Below are positions 27,789-41,345 of a DNA stretch of 64,000 bases, piece after piece. Below the pieces are notes generated by a model. That model saw nothing but the letters and a program-made list of their open reading frames with translations, ran no database searches and was not told the origin of the DNA. The position numbers and the translations under genes are program-made. Position 1 is the first letter of the stretch, and each line of letters begins with the position of its first letter. Source of the stretch: Eledone cirrhosa (lineage: Eukaryota); NCBI GenBank assembly GCA_964016885.1, contig OZ024761.1, forward strand, positions 25,296,001 through 25,360,000. The letters are read 5' to 3'.

Positions 27789-28424
27789 TATGTGTTATGT
27801 GTATATATGTGTGTATATATATATATACATATATAAATTTGAACTATGTGTTGACTTCAAATTCGAGTTGAAGGGCAAGTGTATTAAAAGTTATAGAATG
27901 AGAAACTCAACGCAGAGAAAATTGCCAAAACAGTAAAATAACTTCAATGACGAAATTGGGCGAAACCTTACCTTAAATGGCAGGATTCACGGTTAGAAGT
28001 CGGCTGGTGTGGAGAAGTAGTGGCGAGGATCAAATGAAGGACATGGAAGATTGCGAGTTCAGCGAGACAAAAGCATACATCATGTTACGTCATCAGTCCG
28101 CGTACCGTAAAGTTTCGCACGATTTCAAATGGAGAGGTCTGTATATAATTGCCGGCTCGTGTAACAGAAATAAAGCATTTCTGCTCGTGTGATGTGTGCT
28201 TGACATAATGAACAGATAGATCGCAGGGAAAGGAATAGGATACTTCTGTTCGGTACCAAATCGAAGCTAGTAGTGACAATCGGAAGTGGTATGAGGCGGA
28301 AGTCACACAAAAGAGTGGTGGGTGTAAAGAGAAAAGTAACAAGAAGAAAGGGGGGAGAAGAAAGAAGCGAATGGGGAGAAAGAAAAGATGAAAGAAAATT
28401 GGAGGAAAAGGAAAGGGCCAACGA

Positions 28425-28466
<42 letters not shown>

Positions 28467-29032
28467 CAGGAGTCTGGAACTAGCTGTTGTAACCGCAAAA
28501 GCTCAGCCGTGGGCTCCCGATTATATATATACATAAATAGATATATATATAGATACATACATAGAGAGAGAGAGAGAGAATACTCATCCACTTAAAATTG
28601 ATATAATTAACTACTCGCCGTTTCAGTCTATCGAACGGTTGAACAATCATCGTCGAATGCCACGGAGGATCTACGAATTTAATAGTAATTTATATAGACT
28701 TTGTTTTGTGTCCAGTTAGGCAAAATAAAAGGGGAAAAAACAAAAATGACAGACAAGAAACCCTTTCCCCAACCAAAAAAAAAATACAACGTATAATTTT
28801 CGGAGGGGGGCGATGTTTGTTATTGTTACTTTCATGTTTTCAATAATAAGATTAGCCATATCAATAAAGTTAACTTGTATCGATCAGAAATCGAAACCAC
28901 TACGTCACACTGTAAGCCACCCAGGAATTAATATCATCCCTCTCATCCCTCTTCCCTCTTGTTTTCTTTCTCTTCTGATTGAAGTCCTCTTAGCATAAAA
29001 TTAACATTGTTATTCAGTCGCGGCTGATCAAC

Positions 29033-29400
29033 ATTTGTTTCGATTTTGGCACAAAACCAGCAATTACCTCAGTGCATTACTGGTACTTTATTTTATCGAC
29101 CCCGTCAGGATGAACGGCAAAGTTAACCTCGGCGGGATTTGAACTCAGACCTTAAAGGGCCGTAACTGTATGTCACAGAGAAAGTCTGACGCTCTACCGA
29201 TAGTACCAATTCACCAGCCTCATATTTTTCATAATAATTGTTTCTACTTTTGGGAAACGGCCAGCAATACCGCAGTGCATTACTGGTACTTTATTTTATC
29301 GACCCTGTAAGGATGAAAGGCAAAGCTAACCTCGGCGGGATTTCAACTCAAACTGTAAAGGGCCGTAACTCTAAGCTGAAAGGCATGGTGTCTGACCCTC
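29033..29400 (-). mobile_element. Two tandem Nin/Deu SINEs
   Basis: SINE body twice. Confidence 0.85.
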
Positions 29401-30048
29401 AAGTAAACTGCTGAGTAAACTGGAGCAACGTGAAATAAAGTGTCTTGCTCAAGGAAACAACACATCACCTGGTCCGAGAGTTGAACTCACAACCTTTCGA
29501 TTGCAAGCCTACTGCTCCAACCACTAAGTCATGCGCCTTCACATAATGTATATATAATGTCTACATCGTGAATAAATGAGTTGCTACGTCGCTGGTGCTA
29601 AGCTGTTTTGGCCATTACCTTACTATTAGATAACATATATGTTATATATATACAGTGTATATATAGTGTATATATAATGTATATATGAGTGGCTACGACG
29701 CTTGTGCAAAGCTGTATCGGCTATTGCCTTTCTCTTGGACAACATCGGTGGCGGGAGAGGGAGATTGGTATGTTAGGGTGACGACTGGTCTTCCACAAAT
29801 TCACCTTGAGCCAGGCTTGTGTTTCGGAGTGGAACTTTCTGGGACCAAATCCCATGGTCATTCATGACTGAACGGTATTCTCACAATTAACCCTATCATT
29901 TGAACACCAAGAGACGAGGAATTGGATAATGTAGTTATAGATGTTTAGCTTCATTTAAAATGTGAAGACGAGATGGTCAATAGTGGAAAGTCTTTGGGAC
30001 GAAGTGTACAAATTCAGGAAAAACGAATTTCTCTGATAGACGTATATA

Positions 30049-30246
30049 CGAGGGTGGGTTGAGAAGTTCATAAGCTGACTATGAAGTAGTAAAGCTAGAG
30101 CTGTGAAATCTTGCAGGCATGACTTTCAACTATTCTTATTTATACCCGCATTGTTATGTTCCAGGAATTATGTTGGAAAATAAACCTTATTTCGTCATTC
30201 CATGAGAGTATCTTGGTCAGCTTATGAACCGTCCAACCGACCCTCG
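30049..30246. mobile_element. Mariner-type MITE
   Basis: TA-CGAGGGTGGGTTG..GTTCATAAGCTGAC / GTCAGCTTATGAAC..CAACCGACCCTCG-TA TIRs, 198 bp. Confidence 0.8.
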
Positions 30247-30285
30247 TATATATATATATACACATATATATATATATATATATAT

Positions 30286-30645
30286 AGTAAAAAAGATGAA
30301 ATCGAAAATGCAACTGTAGTCTTATTTAAAAAAGAATATATATATGTATTAGGTTCCTTTACCGGTTTCGCAGTTCTTCTGCTTTTCAAAAGTAGAGTTG
30401 AGATGGAGGGTCTGTGGTTTTTCTCACATCTCACACATATGTTAGAAAAACCACAGACCCTCCATCTCAACTCACCTTTTGAAAAGCAGAAGAACTGCGA
30501 AACCGGTAAAGGAACCAAATAAATATATATATTTTTTTTAAAATAAGACTCCAGTTGCATTTTCGATTTCATCATTTTTCCTTTATACTTTCATTCGTGT
30601 CGGACACCTCGGTTATTTTTTTATTTTGTAAAAAAACCTCACTTT
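30286..30645. mobile_element. Fold-back PLE-like insert with a hammerhead on each arm
   Basis: About 135-bp inverted arms plus about 65-nt tail, (TA)n on both sides. Confidence 0.75.
30475..30512 (+). ncRNA. 38-nt minimal hammerhead, U3-A8 core (antisense twin at 30356-30393)
   Basis: cctt-TTGAAAA-gcag-aagaa-ctgc-GAAA-CCGG-TA-aagg; palindromic stem III ACCGGT. Confidence 0.8.
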
Positions 30646-30884
30646 ATATATATATATATATATATATAAAGAGTTACTGTGACCTACACGAAACTATAAA
30701 CCATAAACTTAATATTTCAGAATTTGAATCCTAAACATTTCTGGGAGTGTTTTAGAGAGCCCTTAAATTTGATCATTCAAAGTACGAAACCAAACACCAC
30801 TGGGAGACATATATATATATAAATAACAAACTTAACATTTCATGATACCAAGCCGAAATATTACTGATAGACTTATATAGACCT

Positions 30885-31135
30885 GTTAAACTTGATATCT
30901 TGTACGAAAACACAAGTAATATGGTGAGATATATAAAGTGCTCATAAAACTTGATATATTATTGAACGAAAACCCAAGTATTATGAAGACTTGCTATAAA
31001 GTGCTTTTAAGCTTGATATATCTTTGAACGAAAATCCAAATATTATGACGACAGTTATAAAGTGCTTGTAAACGAGATATATCTTTGAACGAAAACCCAA
31101 CTACTATGAAGAGAGCTATAAAGCGCTCCTGAACT
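30885..31135. repeat. Diverged tandem repeat of about 61 bp, x4
   Basis: Recurrent CTTGATAT..TTGAACGAAAACCCAA..TATAAAGTGCT. Confidence 0.8.
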
Positions 31136-31199
31136 TAGTATCTCACTATATGGACCACAAGGATTACCAAAAGACTTCTAAAAGAAAACTTAATTTGAT

Positions 31200-31774
31200 T
31201 AATGGTTCGTGATATAGGCACAAAGCCAGCAATTTGGGGTGAGGGGAAAGTCAATTAAATCGAGCCTAGTACGTTATTGGTGTTTTATTTTATCGACCTA
31301 CGAAAGATGAACGTCATAGCAAACCTTGCAGGGATTTGATCTCAAAACATAAAATACGGTAACTACTGCCAGCCCAGCAACTTAAACTTACATTTAATAA
31401 TTGTTTCTACTTTTGGCACAAGACAAGCAATTATCCCAGTGTATTTCTGGTACTTTATTTTATCGACCCCGTAAGGATGAAAGGCAAAGTTAACCTCGGC
31501 GGGATTTGAACTCAGATCATAAAGGGACATAACTATGCTGGAAAGCATGTCCGACCGTCTACCGATACTGCCAGCTCAATGTAATAGCTGTTTCTGCTTT
31601 TGGCACAAGGCCAGCAATTATCCAGTACATTACTGGTACTTTATTTTATCGACGCCGTAAGGATGAAAGGCAAAGTTAACTTAGGCGAGATTAGAACTCG
31701 GGACATAAAGCACCGTAACTATTGCCACAAAACATGTTACCGGACGCTCTACCGATAGAGCTAGTCCACCACCC
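31200..31774 (-). mobile_element. Cluster of three Nin/Deu SINEs
   Basis: Older copy 31200-31375; dimer 31401-31774 flanked by TAAACTTACATTTAATAA. Confidence 0.85.
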
Positions 31775-32079
31775 TAAACTTACATTTAATAACAGAAACA
31801 AAATATGTACACATTTTAAAATTTACTTTATAGAAAAAAAAACTAGAATATTTCATATAAGAGGAAAAAGTTAGTAAATGAGAAAGAATGTTAAACCTTT
31901 ATTGACAGACTCTGCAGGAAAACGCCCCCTCATATTTTTTTAAGTACCTCTAAAGAATTTTAGTGAACCCTATACTAAAACTCAAAACAGGAATGTTACT
32001 CGACACGTAAGCATTTAATGAAATACATCGTCAATAGTTATGTCTTTCGGGACGTCCCAGCTTATATTATATATCATTG

Positions 32080-32203
32080 TATGATCTGAGTTCAAATCCC
32101 GCCGAGGTTAACTTTAGCTTTCATTCTTATGGGGTCGATAAAATAAAGTACCAGTAATACACTGGCATAATTGCTGGCCATGTGCCAAACGTAGAAACAA
32201 TTA
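32080..32203 (+). mobile_element. 5'-truncated Nin/Deu SINE (similar fragments 23719-23795 plus, 43921-44058 minus)
   Basis: B box plus Nin domain plus tail. Confidence 0.8.
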
Positions 32204-32268
32204 TATATATAGACACACGATAAGATTTCGTATATATAAGATAGATCTAAATACGGATGTGTGCTCGT

Positions 32269-32337
<69 letters not shown>

Positions 32338-32422
32338 TATATATATACACATGATCACACACATATATACATATATATGCAAGTCTGTGTAGTAGTATTG
32401 GTCGATTCTACGTTGTATATGT

Positions 32423-32513
<91 letters not shown>

Positions 32514-33659
32514 TATGTGTGTATAATTATCAACACGGAAGCTAAAGCAAATCCGTCAACAAGCGGCAGTCAGACACACAAATATAGACACACACATACA
32601 CAACCCAGAACATACGCAAAATACCCAGAAATACACACACATATACATACACAGTTTCCAACCGGTTGTCCATGATAAACTGCTGTGTTACTGTTTTTGG
32701 AGTGGAAGATATACATATATATATATATGTGTGTGTATGTGTATGAGGTATGTTTTTGTCTATGTGCGTATGTGTGTTTTTTTTTGTATATATGTGTGAG
32801 TATACACTTGTGTTCAGTGTGTGTTTTTATCTATGTGCGAGTATATATATGTGTGTGTTTGCGTGTTGCGTTTGTGTGTTTTTGTATGTGTGTGTGTGTG
32901 TGTTATTGTGTTTTTATCTATGTGCGTGCGTGTGTGTTTTTGTCTGTGCGTGTATATATGTGTGTCTGTGTTAAACAGATTAAAGGTTGAAGCAAAGAAT
33001 TTTTGCTTTTTGGCTTTTATAGGATATTCACACCGACATCTATAGTGACACACAGACACACAGTCGTACAGGATCTCTTAAAGACACACAGTCGTACAGG
33101 ATCACTTAAACACACACAGTCGTACAGGATCACTTAAACACACACAAACACATAGTCACAAACCAGCACACAAAAACACACCAATGCCTTAAACACACAC
33201 AATCACACACAGCAACATACGATCACTTAAACACACACAAACACATACAGTCACAAACCAGCAGACACAAACACATACAATCCCTTAAACACACACAGCC
33301 ACATACAATCCCTTAAACACACACAATCACACACAGCAACATACGATCACTTAAAGACACACAAGCACATACAGTCACAAACCAGCAGACACAAACACAT
33401 AAAATACCTTAAACACACACAGCCACATACTATCACTTATACACACACAATCCACATACAGCAACATACTATCACTTAAACACACACAATCACACACAGA
33501 CACGTTTTCAACAAGTCTCTCACTATAAGTAGAAATGTTTAAATTTACGGGATGCAATGAGCTGAGTGTATATATGAAAATGTAATTGGAGGTTGCACTA
33601 AGATAGCGTTGTGCTTAATGAGCGGGCATATGAAAATATACAATATCGTATAAGATTTC

Positions 33660-33709
<50 letters not shown>

Positions 33710-34270
33710 AATCTAAGTGTACAATACAAACAAGAAGGAGAGATTAGAGATTAGTGTGTGGGAATTATAAGCAAGTAGTGAATTGGACAGTGTACTCAAT
33801 AAGTATAATATGCAAGACTTTGTGACCCTAGGCGGACCAACAGTACCTTGGTAGGGTTCGAATATAGCAATGTCCATCCAAACGGCTCATGATCATTGAG
33901 TTCTGTGTCCGTTTGTATTTTTATATATATATATATATATATTATTAAAATAACAGATTAAAGTTTAAGCAAAGAATCGCTGCTTTCACCCAAATCTTCA
34001 AATTTATTATTATTACTATATATATATATATATATATAAATATATATATATATTTTTAAATAATTTTTAAGGTGTGTTCATTTAATAAATAGTTTTTCGT
34101 TTGTTACTTTTCTTAAGTTTATATATATTTATAGAGTCCAGAAATAGCCGTCGAAATGGCTTGAGCTCTGGCCTCGGGGTTAAACATTTTCCTATTACCC
34201 ACCCTACTAAACTAAGTATTGAGTACTCTGGTGCGTTATTGTCCACCTGGTACCTTACCACACATCCTTC

Positions 34271-34307
<37 letters not shown>

Positions 34308-34930
34308 CAAGTAAGTAAGTAGTACTATATAAGATTTTGGAGTGGCAAACATATTAAATTTACTGAAACATGTACAGTGTTCCATTTAAGTAATGACTTT
34401 ACTCCCTAAGTAGAGGGGAAAGTGAGGGCTGACTATGAAGAGGGGGTCACTTAAGTACTTCGTGATATTTTAAATTGTGGGAACTAACTACAATTGTCAA
34501 GGAGTTTTGCATAACAACATCTTCTACCCACTCTCTCTCCTTTATATTCCCTATTCCCTCCCCGAATCTGTAGTGATTAGCAGAGGTTGACTGAGGAAAT
34601 GGGACTGTCTGTTTTTTCCGTTGTTTTTTCCTTTGTCTTTGTCCTGAGCGCCCCCTCCCCGTGTTGAATATATCTATATATATATATAATGTTATTCAGA
34701 ATATTAATAAATGAAGACATTCTCATAATCAAAATATATGTTTTATTATATATATTTCGAATGTAGTGTTCTATTTTTTCAGTACGTCCTCGTCAGATAA
34801 AATACATGAATTGATGTATGACATACCTCAACGGTCTTGATGGTTCAATTCCAGTCTTGGCAGACTGGAATTCCAAGACTGGAATTGAACCATCAAGACC
34901 GTTGACGTATGTCATACATCAATTCATGTA

Positions 34931-34991
34931 TTTTATCTGACGAGGACGTACTGAAAAAATTGAACAGTACCTTCGAAATATATATAATAAA
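34931..34991 (+). ncRNA. Type I minimal hammerhead (antisense twin 34741-34802) in fold-back 34692-35139
   Basis: tttat-CTGACGA-ggacgtactg...cagtaccttc-GAAA-TATATA-TA-ataaa. Confidence 0.8.
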
Positions 34992-35220
34992 CATATATTT
35001 TGATTATGTGAATGTCTTCATGTATTAATATTCTGAATAATAATAATAACTCCCGAAAACTTCTTTGTAGAGTGCTTTTAATCTATTGTAAAACTATATT
35101 CATTGAGTAATCAATGAACCATATTAATATTTGGTCACATATATATATATATATATACACATATGTTTATATGTATGTATATAAAAGGACGATGTGATAT
35201 GTCTTCATTGCGTTTATTAA

Positions 35221-35310
35221 CTATTGACGCGCGTTTCGCTATTGATCAGCTCAAGATTCGATCTGTATCGATTTGACCCGACTCAGGATTCAAAAGCTCG
35301 CCGGACATCC
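35221..35310 (-). ncRNA. Degenerate hammerhead
   Basis: CCGGCGA-gcttttga...tcaatagc-GAAA-CGCGCG-TC; core mutated and stem I poor. Confidence 0.4.
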
Positions 35311-35795
35311 GTGCTTACAATTTTACCGCTTTAATTCCAGACCCCACTAACTCGCTCTATATATATATGTATGTATACATCTTCAACACAACACAAGAGA
35401 CCAGTTTGAAAATCGCACCGAATGCGAGAGAGTTCCCCAGAGATTTAGCAATGTTCCCCTCAGAAGTTAAAAAAGTCTTACCAGAACGAATAGCAATAAC
35501 AACTTAGAGTAACGATTCGAATTATTAAATAACATCAACCACCAACGTTGTCAGTCTTTCACCTTATATATATACATATATAAGAAAAATATATTTCTTA
35601 TATATAAGAAAAATTCGGGACTCCGACGGCTGTGCTCCTGATGTCGAAACAGCCGGAGCTCAACCGTCGGGGTCCTGACTCTTTCCTATTAACTACTCTA
35701 CTGCCCTATGTATCGAGTACTCTGGTTCGTTATGGTCCACCTGGTTTTTTACCACACCTTTGTTTAGATAGATAGATAGATAGATAGATAGATAT

Positions 35796-36268
35796 GTTTC
35801 TTTATTAGCCACAGGGGCACAAAAGAATGGGACAAATACAAAGGGGGAAGTTTACATACAATAAAAACGTGTAAAATGTTATCAAAAATGCAATTAAAAA
35901 ATTTATCGATTTTCCCCAATAGGGGGAGACATTTCATATGGGTAACACATACCCCCGAAAAAATGTGAAACCATCATCTCCAGGAGTACGAAGAGTGAGT
36001 ACCCCCTTTCCTCTCTTCCTATTTTTCCTCAACCTACAGGCTGATATAGAGAGAAGGCCCATTCACTCGGGCCATTCTCGCCACTTTCACCCACCTTTCA
36101 TTTCATAAAACTTGCTGGGGTACAGCACCTCTCTCTCCATCCTGATTCTTCTTCCAAAGTGGTATTTGAAAAAAAGAATCAGTTGTTGGCCGGAGAGAAA
36201 GGTGTCTGACCTCAGCCCTTTTAACCTTGTCCACCATACAACCTCTTTCGCCATAGCTATCACACAAA
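35796..36268 (-). mobile_element. L1/Tx1-type LINE 3' fragment in (GATA)n
   Basis: Translates CVIAMAKEVVWWTRLKG...RWV..A.MARV...SL*; 3' end CCCTGTGGCTAATAAAGAAA. Confidence 0.7.
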
Positions 36269-37354
36269 GGTAGATAGATAGGGAGATAGATAGATAGATA
36301 TATAGAGAGATAGATATATATATAGAGAGAGAGGGAGAGAGATGGTAGATAGATATACGAGTGCATGTAGGAATATGTTAATGGCATCTTCATGTTATGC
36401 ATGTAGGTGTTTGAGTGGTGGTGTTGTTAGTGGTGATGTTTGCTATTGTGACGGTAGTAGTAGTGATGCTTGTCATGGAGGTGGAGGTGGGGCTGTTTTA
36501 GCTAGTGATGTTGGTTATGATAGTGATGGAAGTAGTGGCTGTCGTTGCCATGGTTGCTATTGCAATGATGATTGTGATGGGATGTTTAAGACATAACACG
36601 AGAACGTCTCGACACGGATACGAACTCGGGACTGTAATGTAAATATGTTATATATAGACCACATGAGTAGCCCCCCCCCCCCCCCCCCCCCACCACCAAC
36701 CACCACCACAGCTACTACTGCTACTACTACTACTTCTATTGATGATGATGATTGTTATGGTGTTGATGACTGTGTTGATTTTTATATTATTCCTTTATCA
36801 GAAAGGACCAGACATTTTCAGAGAGAATCCCATATCGTATATATGGACATACACTGTAAAATCAATAGACATAGATCAATCCCTGATGTGAGATTTAGTT
36901 TATTGGTTTATTGATCCAACTCAAAAGAACAAATAGTAAAGTTCATCACTCCCTTCCCTGGATAATGTGAATCTAAAACCGAAACCTCTAGGGCGTGAAG
37001 TGTCTAATGAAACTGTTTACAATTTAGCCCGTCCCATGCCCAACCGTCCCTTTGTTAGGGCTGTTGCACTAACAATTGTGCTGATATAGAACCCACTATA
37101 TATATATATAACGAATGAAGTGTGGTAAGGAACCAGGTAGACCATAACACACCAGAGAATTCGATACTTTGGGTAGTTGAGTGGGTAATAGGAAAAGAGT
37201 CAGAATCCCGACGGCAGGGCTCAAGCAGTTTCGACAGCTATTACTAGACAGTTCAGAAATAGCTGTCGAAACGGCTTGAGCCCTGCCGTCGGGATTCTGA
37301 CTATTTTCCTCTCTCTCTATATATATATATCTATCTATCTATCTATCTATCTAT

Positions 37355-37739
37355 CGGACAACAATTGATTCCCTTCTTTAAGTATCACTTTAGAAGGAGA
37401 ATCAGGGTGGAGAGAGAGGCACTGCACCCCAGTAAATTTACTGAAAGGTGGGTGAATGAAGCGAAAATGGCCCGAGTGATTGGGCCTTCTCTGTTTATAA
37501 GCCTGTAGGTTGAGGAAGAGAGCAAAAGGAAGAAAGGAGCACTTGCACAACACGCTCCTTGAGTTGAGGGTTGTTCTATCGACGGGGTATTAAACAACCC
37601 ATTTGTTTAATACCCCTATTGGAGATTTCGATTGTTGAAATTGTTTGTTTTTATATTTTTTACACGACTGTATGTAAAATCCCCGGCATGTCTTTGTATT
37701 GTCCCCTTTCTTGTTGCGCCCTTGTGGTTAATAAAGCAA
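37355..37739 (+). mobile_element. L1/Tx1-type LINE 3' fragment in (TATC)n
   Basis: GQQLIPFFKYHFRRRIRVERE...RWVNEAKMARV...SL*; ends CCTTGTGGTTAATAAAG. Confidence 0.7.
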
Positions 37740-37826
37740 TCTATCTTTCTATCTATATATATATATATATAGTCCAGAATTAGCCGTCGAAACGGCTTGA
37801 GCTCAGCCGTCGGGGTCCTACTCGTT

Positions 37827-37879
<53 letters not shown>

Positions 37880-38248
37880 TTCGTTTCTGTAACCATTTGC
37901 AAGATTCTAGACGAGAAAACCTGTGTTGAAACAGAAAATGTTACAATGTGGGAGGGGTCATGTTTTAATTGTGAGCATGACATTCTCAAAGTATATATGT
38001 TTATATAAATCTATGTATATACAGTGACTAATCGATAATAATTATGTAACTTCATATTATTAGTCTCGATACTATTGATCCGTCTCACAGTCCTTGTCAA
38101 AAATCAATCAATATGTACACACACATATATATATGTATATACACACATATATATATACACATATATATATATACACATATATATATATATAAATTAATAA
38201 AAACAATGAATAAAAACAAAGAAACAGTTCCTTATATTAAAAAATTCA

Positions 38249-38379
38249 TCAGTTTACGATCGTTTCTAGGATATATATGTGTGTGTTGGTATGTATATCA
38301 TATAGATCTATGTAAAAGTTTTACAAACTATCAGAGGGAATATACATACCTACACATATATATGCTGTCTTCAGAAATA

Positions 38380-38380
<1 letters not shown>
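38249..38380 (-). ncRNA. Hammerhead with about 100-nt stem II (partial copy near 59645-59695)
   Basis: ttattt-CTGAAGA-c-ag-c-atatatatgtgt-a-ggtatgtatat...atatacatacc-aacac-acacatatatat-c-ct-a-GAAA-CGATCG-TA-aactga. Confidence 0.65.
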
Positions 38381-38456
<76 letters not shown>

Positions 38457-38460
<4 letters not shown>

Positions 38461-41105
38461 ACCAACACCACCAAAACCAACACTATCTCTAATACCACCA
38501 ACACCACCAAACCCAACACTACCTCTAATACCACCAACACCACCAAAACCAACACTACCTCTAATACCACCAACACCACCAAAACCAACACTACCTCTAA
38601 TACCACCAACACCACCAAAACCAACACTACCTCTAATACCACCAACACCACCAAAACCAACACTACCTCTAATACCACCAACACCACCAAAACCAACACT
38701 ACCTCTAATACCACCAACACCACCAAAACCAACACTATCTCTAATACCACCAACACCACCAAAACCAACACTACCTCTAATACCACCAACACCACCAAAA
38801 CCAACACTACCTCTAATACCACCAACACCACCAAAACCAACACTATCTCTAATACCACCAACACCACCAAAACCAACACTACCTCTAATACCACCAACAC
38901 CACCAAAACCAACACTACCTCTAATACCACCAACACCACCAAAACCAACACTATCTCTAATACCACCAACACCACCAAAACCAACACTACCTCTAATACC
39001 ACCAACACCACCAAAACCAACACTACCTCTAATACCACCAACACCACCAAAACCAACACTACCTCTAATACCACCAACACCACCAAAACCAACACTATCT
39101 CTAATACCACCAACACCACCAAAACCAACACTACCTCTAATACCACCAACACCACCAAAACCAACACTACCTCTAATACCACCAACACCACCAAAACCAA
39201 CACTACCTCTAATACCACCAACACCACCAAAACCAACACTACCTCTAATACCACCAACACCACCAAAACCAACACTACCTCTAATACCACCAACACCACC
39301 AAAACCAACACTATCTCTAATACCACCAACACCACCAAACCCAACACTACCTCTAATACCACCAACACCACCAAAACCAACACTACCTCTAATACCACCA
39401 ACACCACCAAAACCAACACTACCTCTAATACCACCAACACCACCAAAACCAACACTACCTCTAATACCACCAACACCACCAAAACCAACACTACCTCTAA
39501 TACCACCAACACCACCAAAACCAACACTACCTCTAATACCACCAACACCACCAAAACCAACACTACCTCTAACACCACCAACACCACCAAAACCAACACT
39601 ACCTCTAATACCACCAACACCACCAAAACCAACACTACCTCTAATACCACCAACACCACCAAAACCAACACTACCTCTAATACCACCAACACCACCAAAA
39701 CCAACACTACCTCTAATACCACCAACACCACCAAAACCAACACTACCTCTAATACCACCAACACCACCAAAACCAACACTACCTCTAATACCACCAACAC
39801 CACCAAAACCAACACTATCTCTAATACCACCAACACCACCAAAACTAACACTACCTCTAATACCACCAACACCACCAACACCACCAAAACCAACACTACC
39901 ACCAACACCACCAACACTAACACTACAGATACGACCAGTAATCACCAAAACCAACACTACCTCTAATACCACCAACACCACCAAAACCAACACTACCACC
40001 AACACTAACACTACAGATACGACCAACACCACCAAACCCAACACTACCTCTAATACCACCAACACCACCAAACCCAACACTACCTCTAATACCACCAACA
40101 CCACCAAACCCAACACTACCTCTAATACCACCAACACCACCAAACCCAACACTACCTCTAATACCACCAACACCACCAACACCAACACTACCTCTAATAC
40201 CACCAACACCACCAAAACCAACACTACCTCTAATACCACCAACACCACCAACACTAACACTACAGCTACGACCAGTAACACCAGCAAAACCAACACTACC
40301 TCTAATACCACCAACACCACCAACACTAACACTACCTCTAATACCACCAACACCACCAAAACCAACACTACCTCTAATACCACCAACACCACCAAAACCA
40401 ACACTACCTCTAATACCACCAACACCACCAAAACCAACACTACCACCAACACTAACACTACAGATACGACCAACACCACCAAACCCAACACTACCTCTAA
40501 TACCACCAACACCACCAAACCCAACACTACCTCTAATACCACCAACACCACCAAACCCAACACTACCTCTAATACCACCAACACCACCAAACCCAACACT
40601 ACCTCTAATACCACCAACACCACCAACACCAACACTACCTCTAATACCACCAACACCACCAAAACCAACACTACCTCTAATACCACCAACACCACCAACA
40701 CTAACACTACAGCTACGACCAGTAACACCAGCAAAACCAACACTACCTCTAATACCACCAACACCACCAACACTAACACTACCTCTAATACCACCAACAC
40801 CACCAAAACCAACACTACCTCTAATACCACCAACACCACCAAAACCAACACTACCTCTAATACCACCAACACCACCAAAACCAACACTACCACCAACACT
40901 AACACTACAGATACGACCAACACCACCAAACCCAACACTACCTCTAATACCACCAACACCACCAAACCCAACACTACCTCTAATACCACCAACACCACCA
41001 AAACCAACACTACCTCTAATACCACCAACACCACCAAAACCAACACTACCTCTAATACCACCAACACCACCAACACTAACACTACAGCTACGACCAGTAA
41101 CATCA
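38457..41105. repeat. 36-bp minisatellite (AATACCACCAACACCACCAAAACCAACACTACCTCT)n, distal part a 447-bp higher-order repeat
   Basis: Homogeneous units to about 39860; marker CAGATAC at 40014, 40461 and 40908. Confidence 0.95.
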
Positions 41106-41295
41106 CCATCATATATACTATGTTTCATATTTGCACACACACACACACACACAGGCCCGCGTACACGCATAGCTAAGCATGTCAACAGTTATCTCGTATA
41201 GGACGTTATGACATATCTATATACAGGTCGCGCGCAACCATATGTGAATAGTATCGATCAACGCACAGTCTGTGTATCCTGGCGTGTGTATGTGT

Positions 41296-41345
<50 letters not shown>

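Noticed and set aside
38113-41185. Long Thr/Asn, Val/Leu and Gly-rich ORFs (617, 530, 913, 420 aa)
   Set aside because: Produced by a stop-poor 36-bp repeat, open in several frames on both strands, and bordered by (TA)n without splice sites
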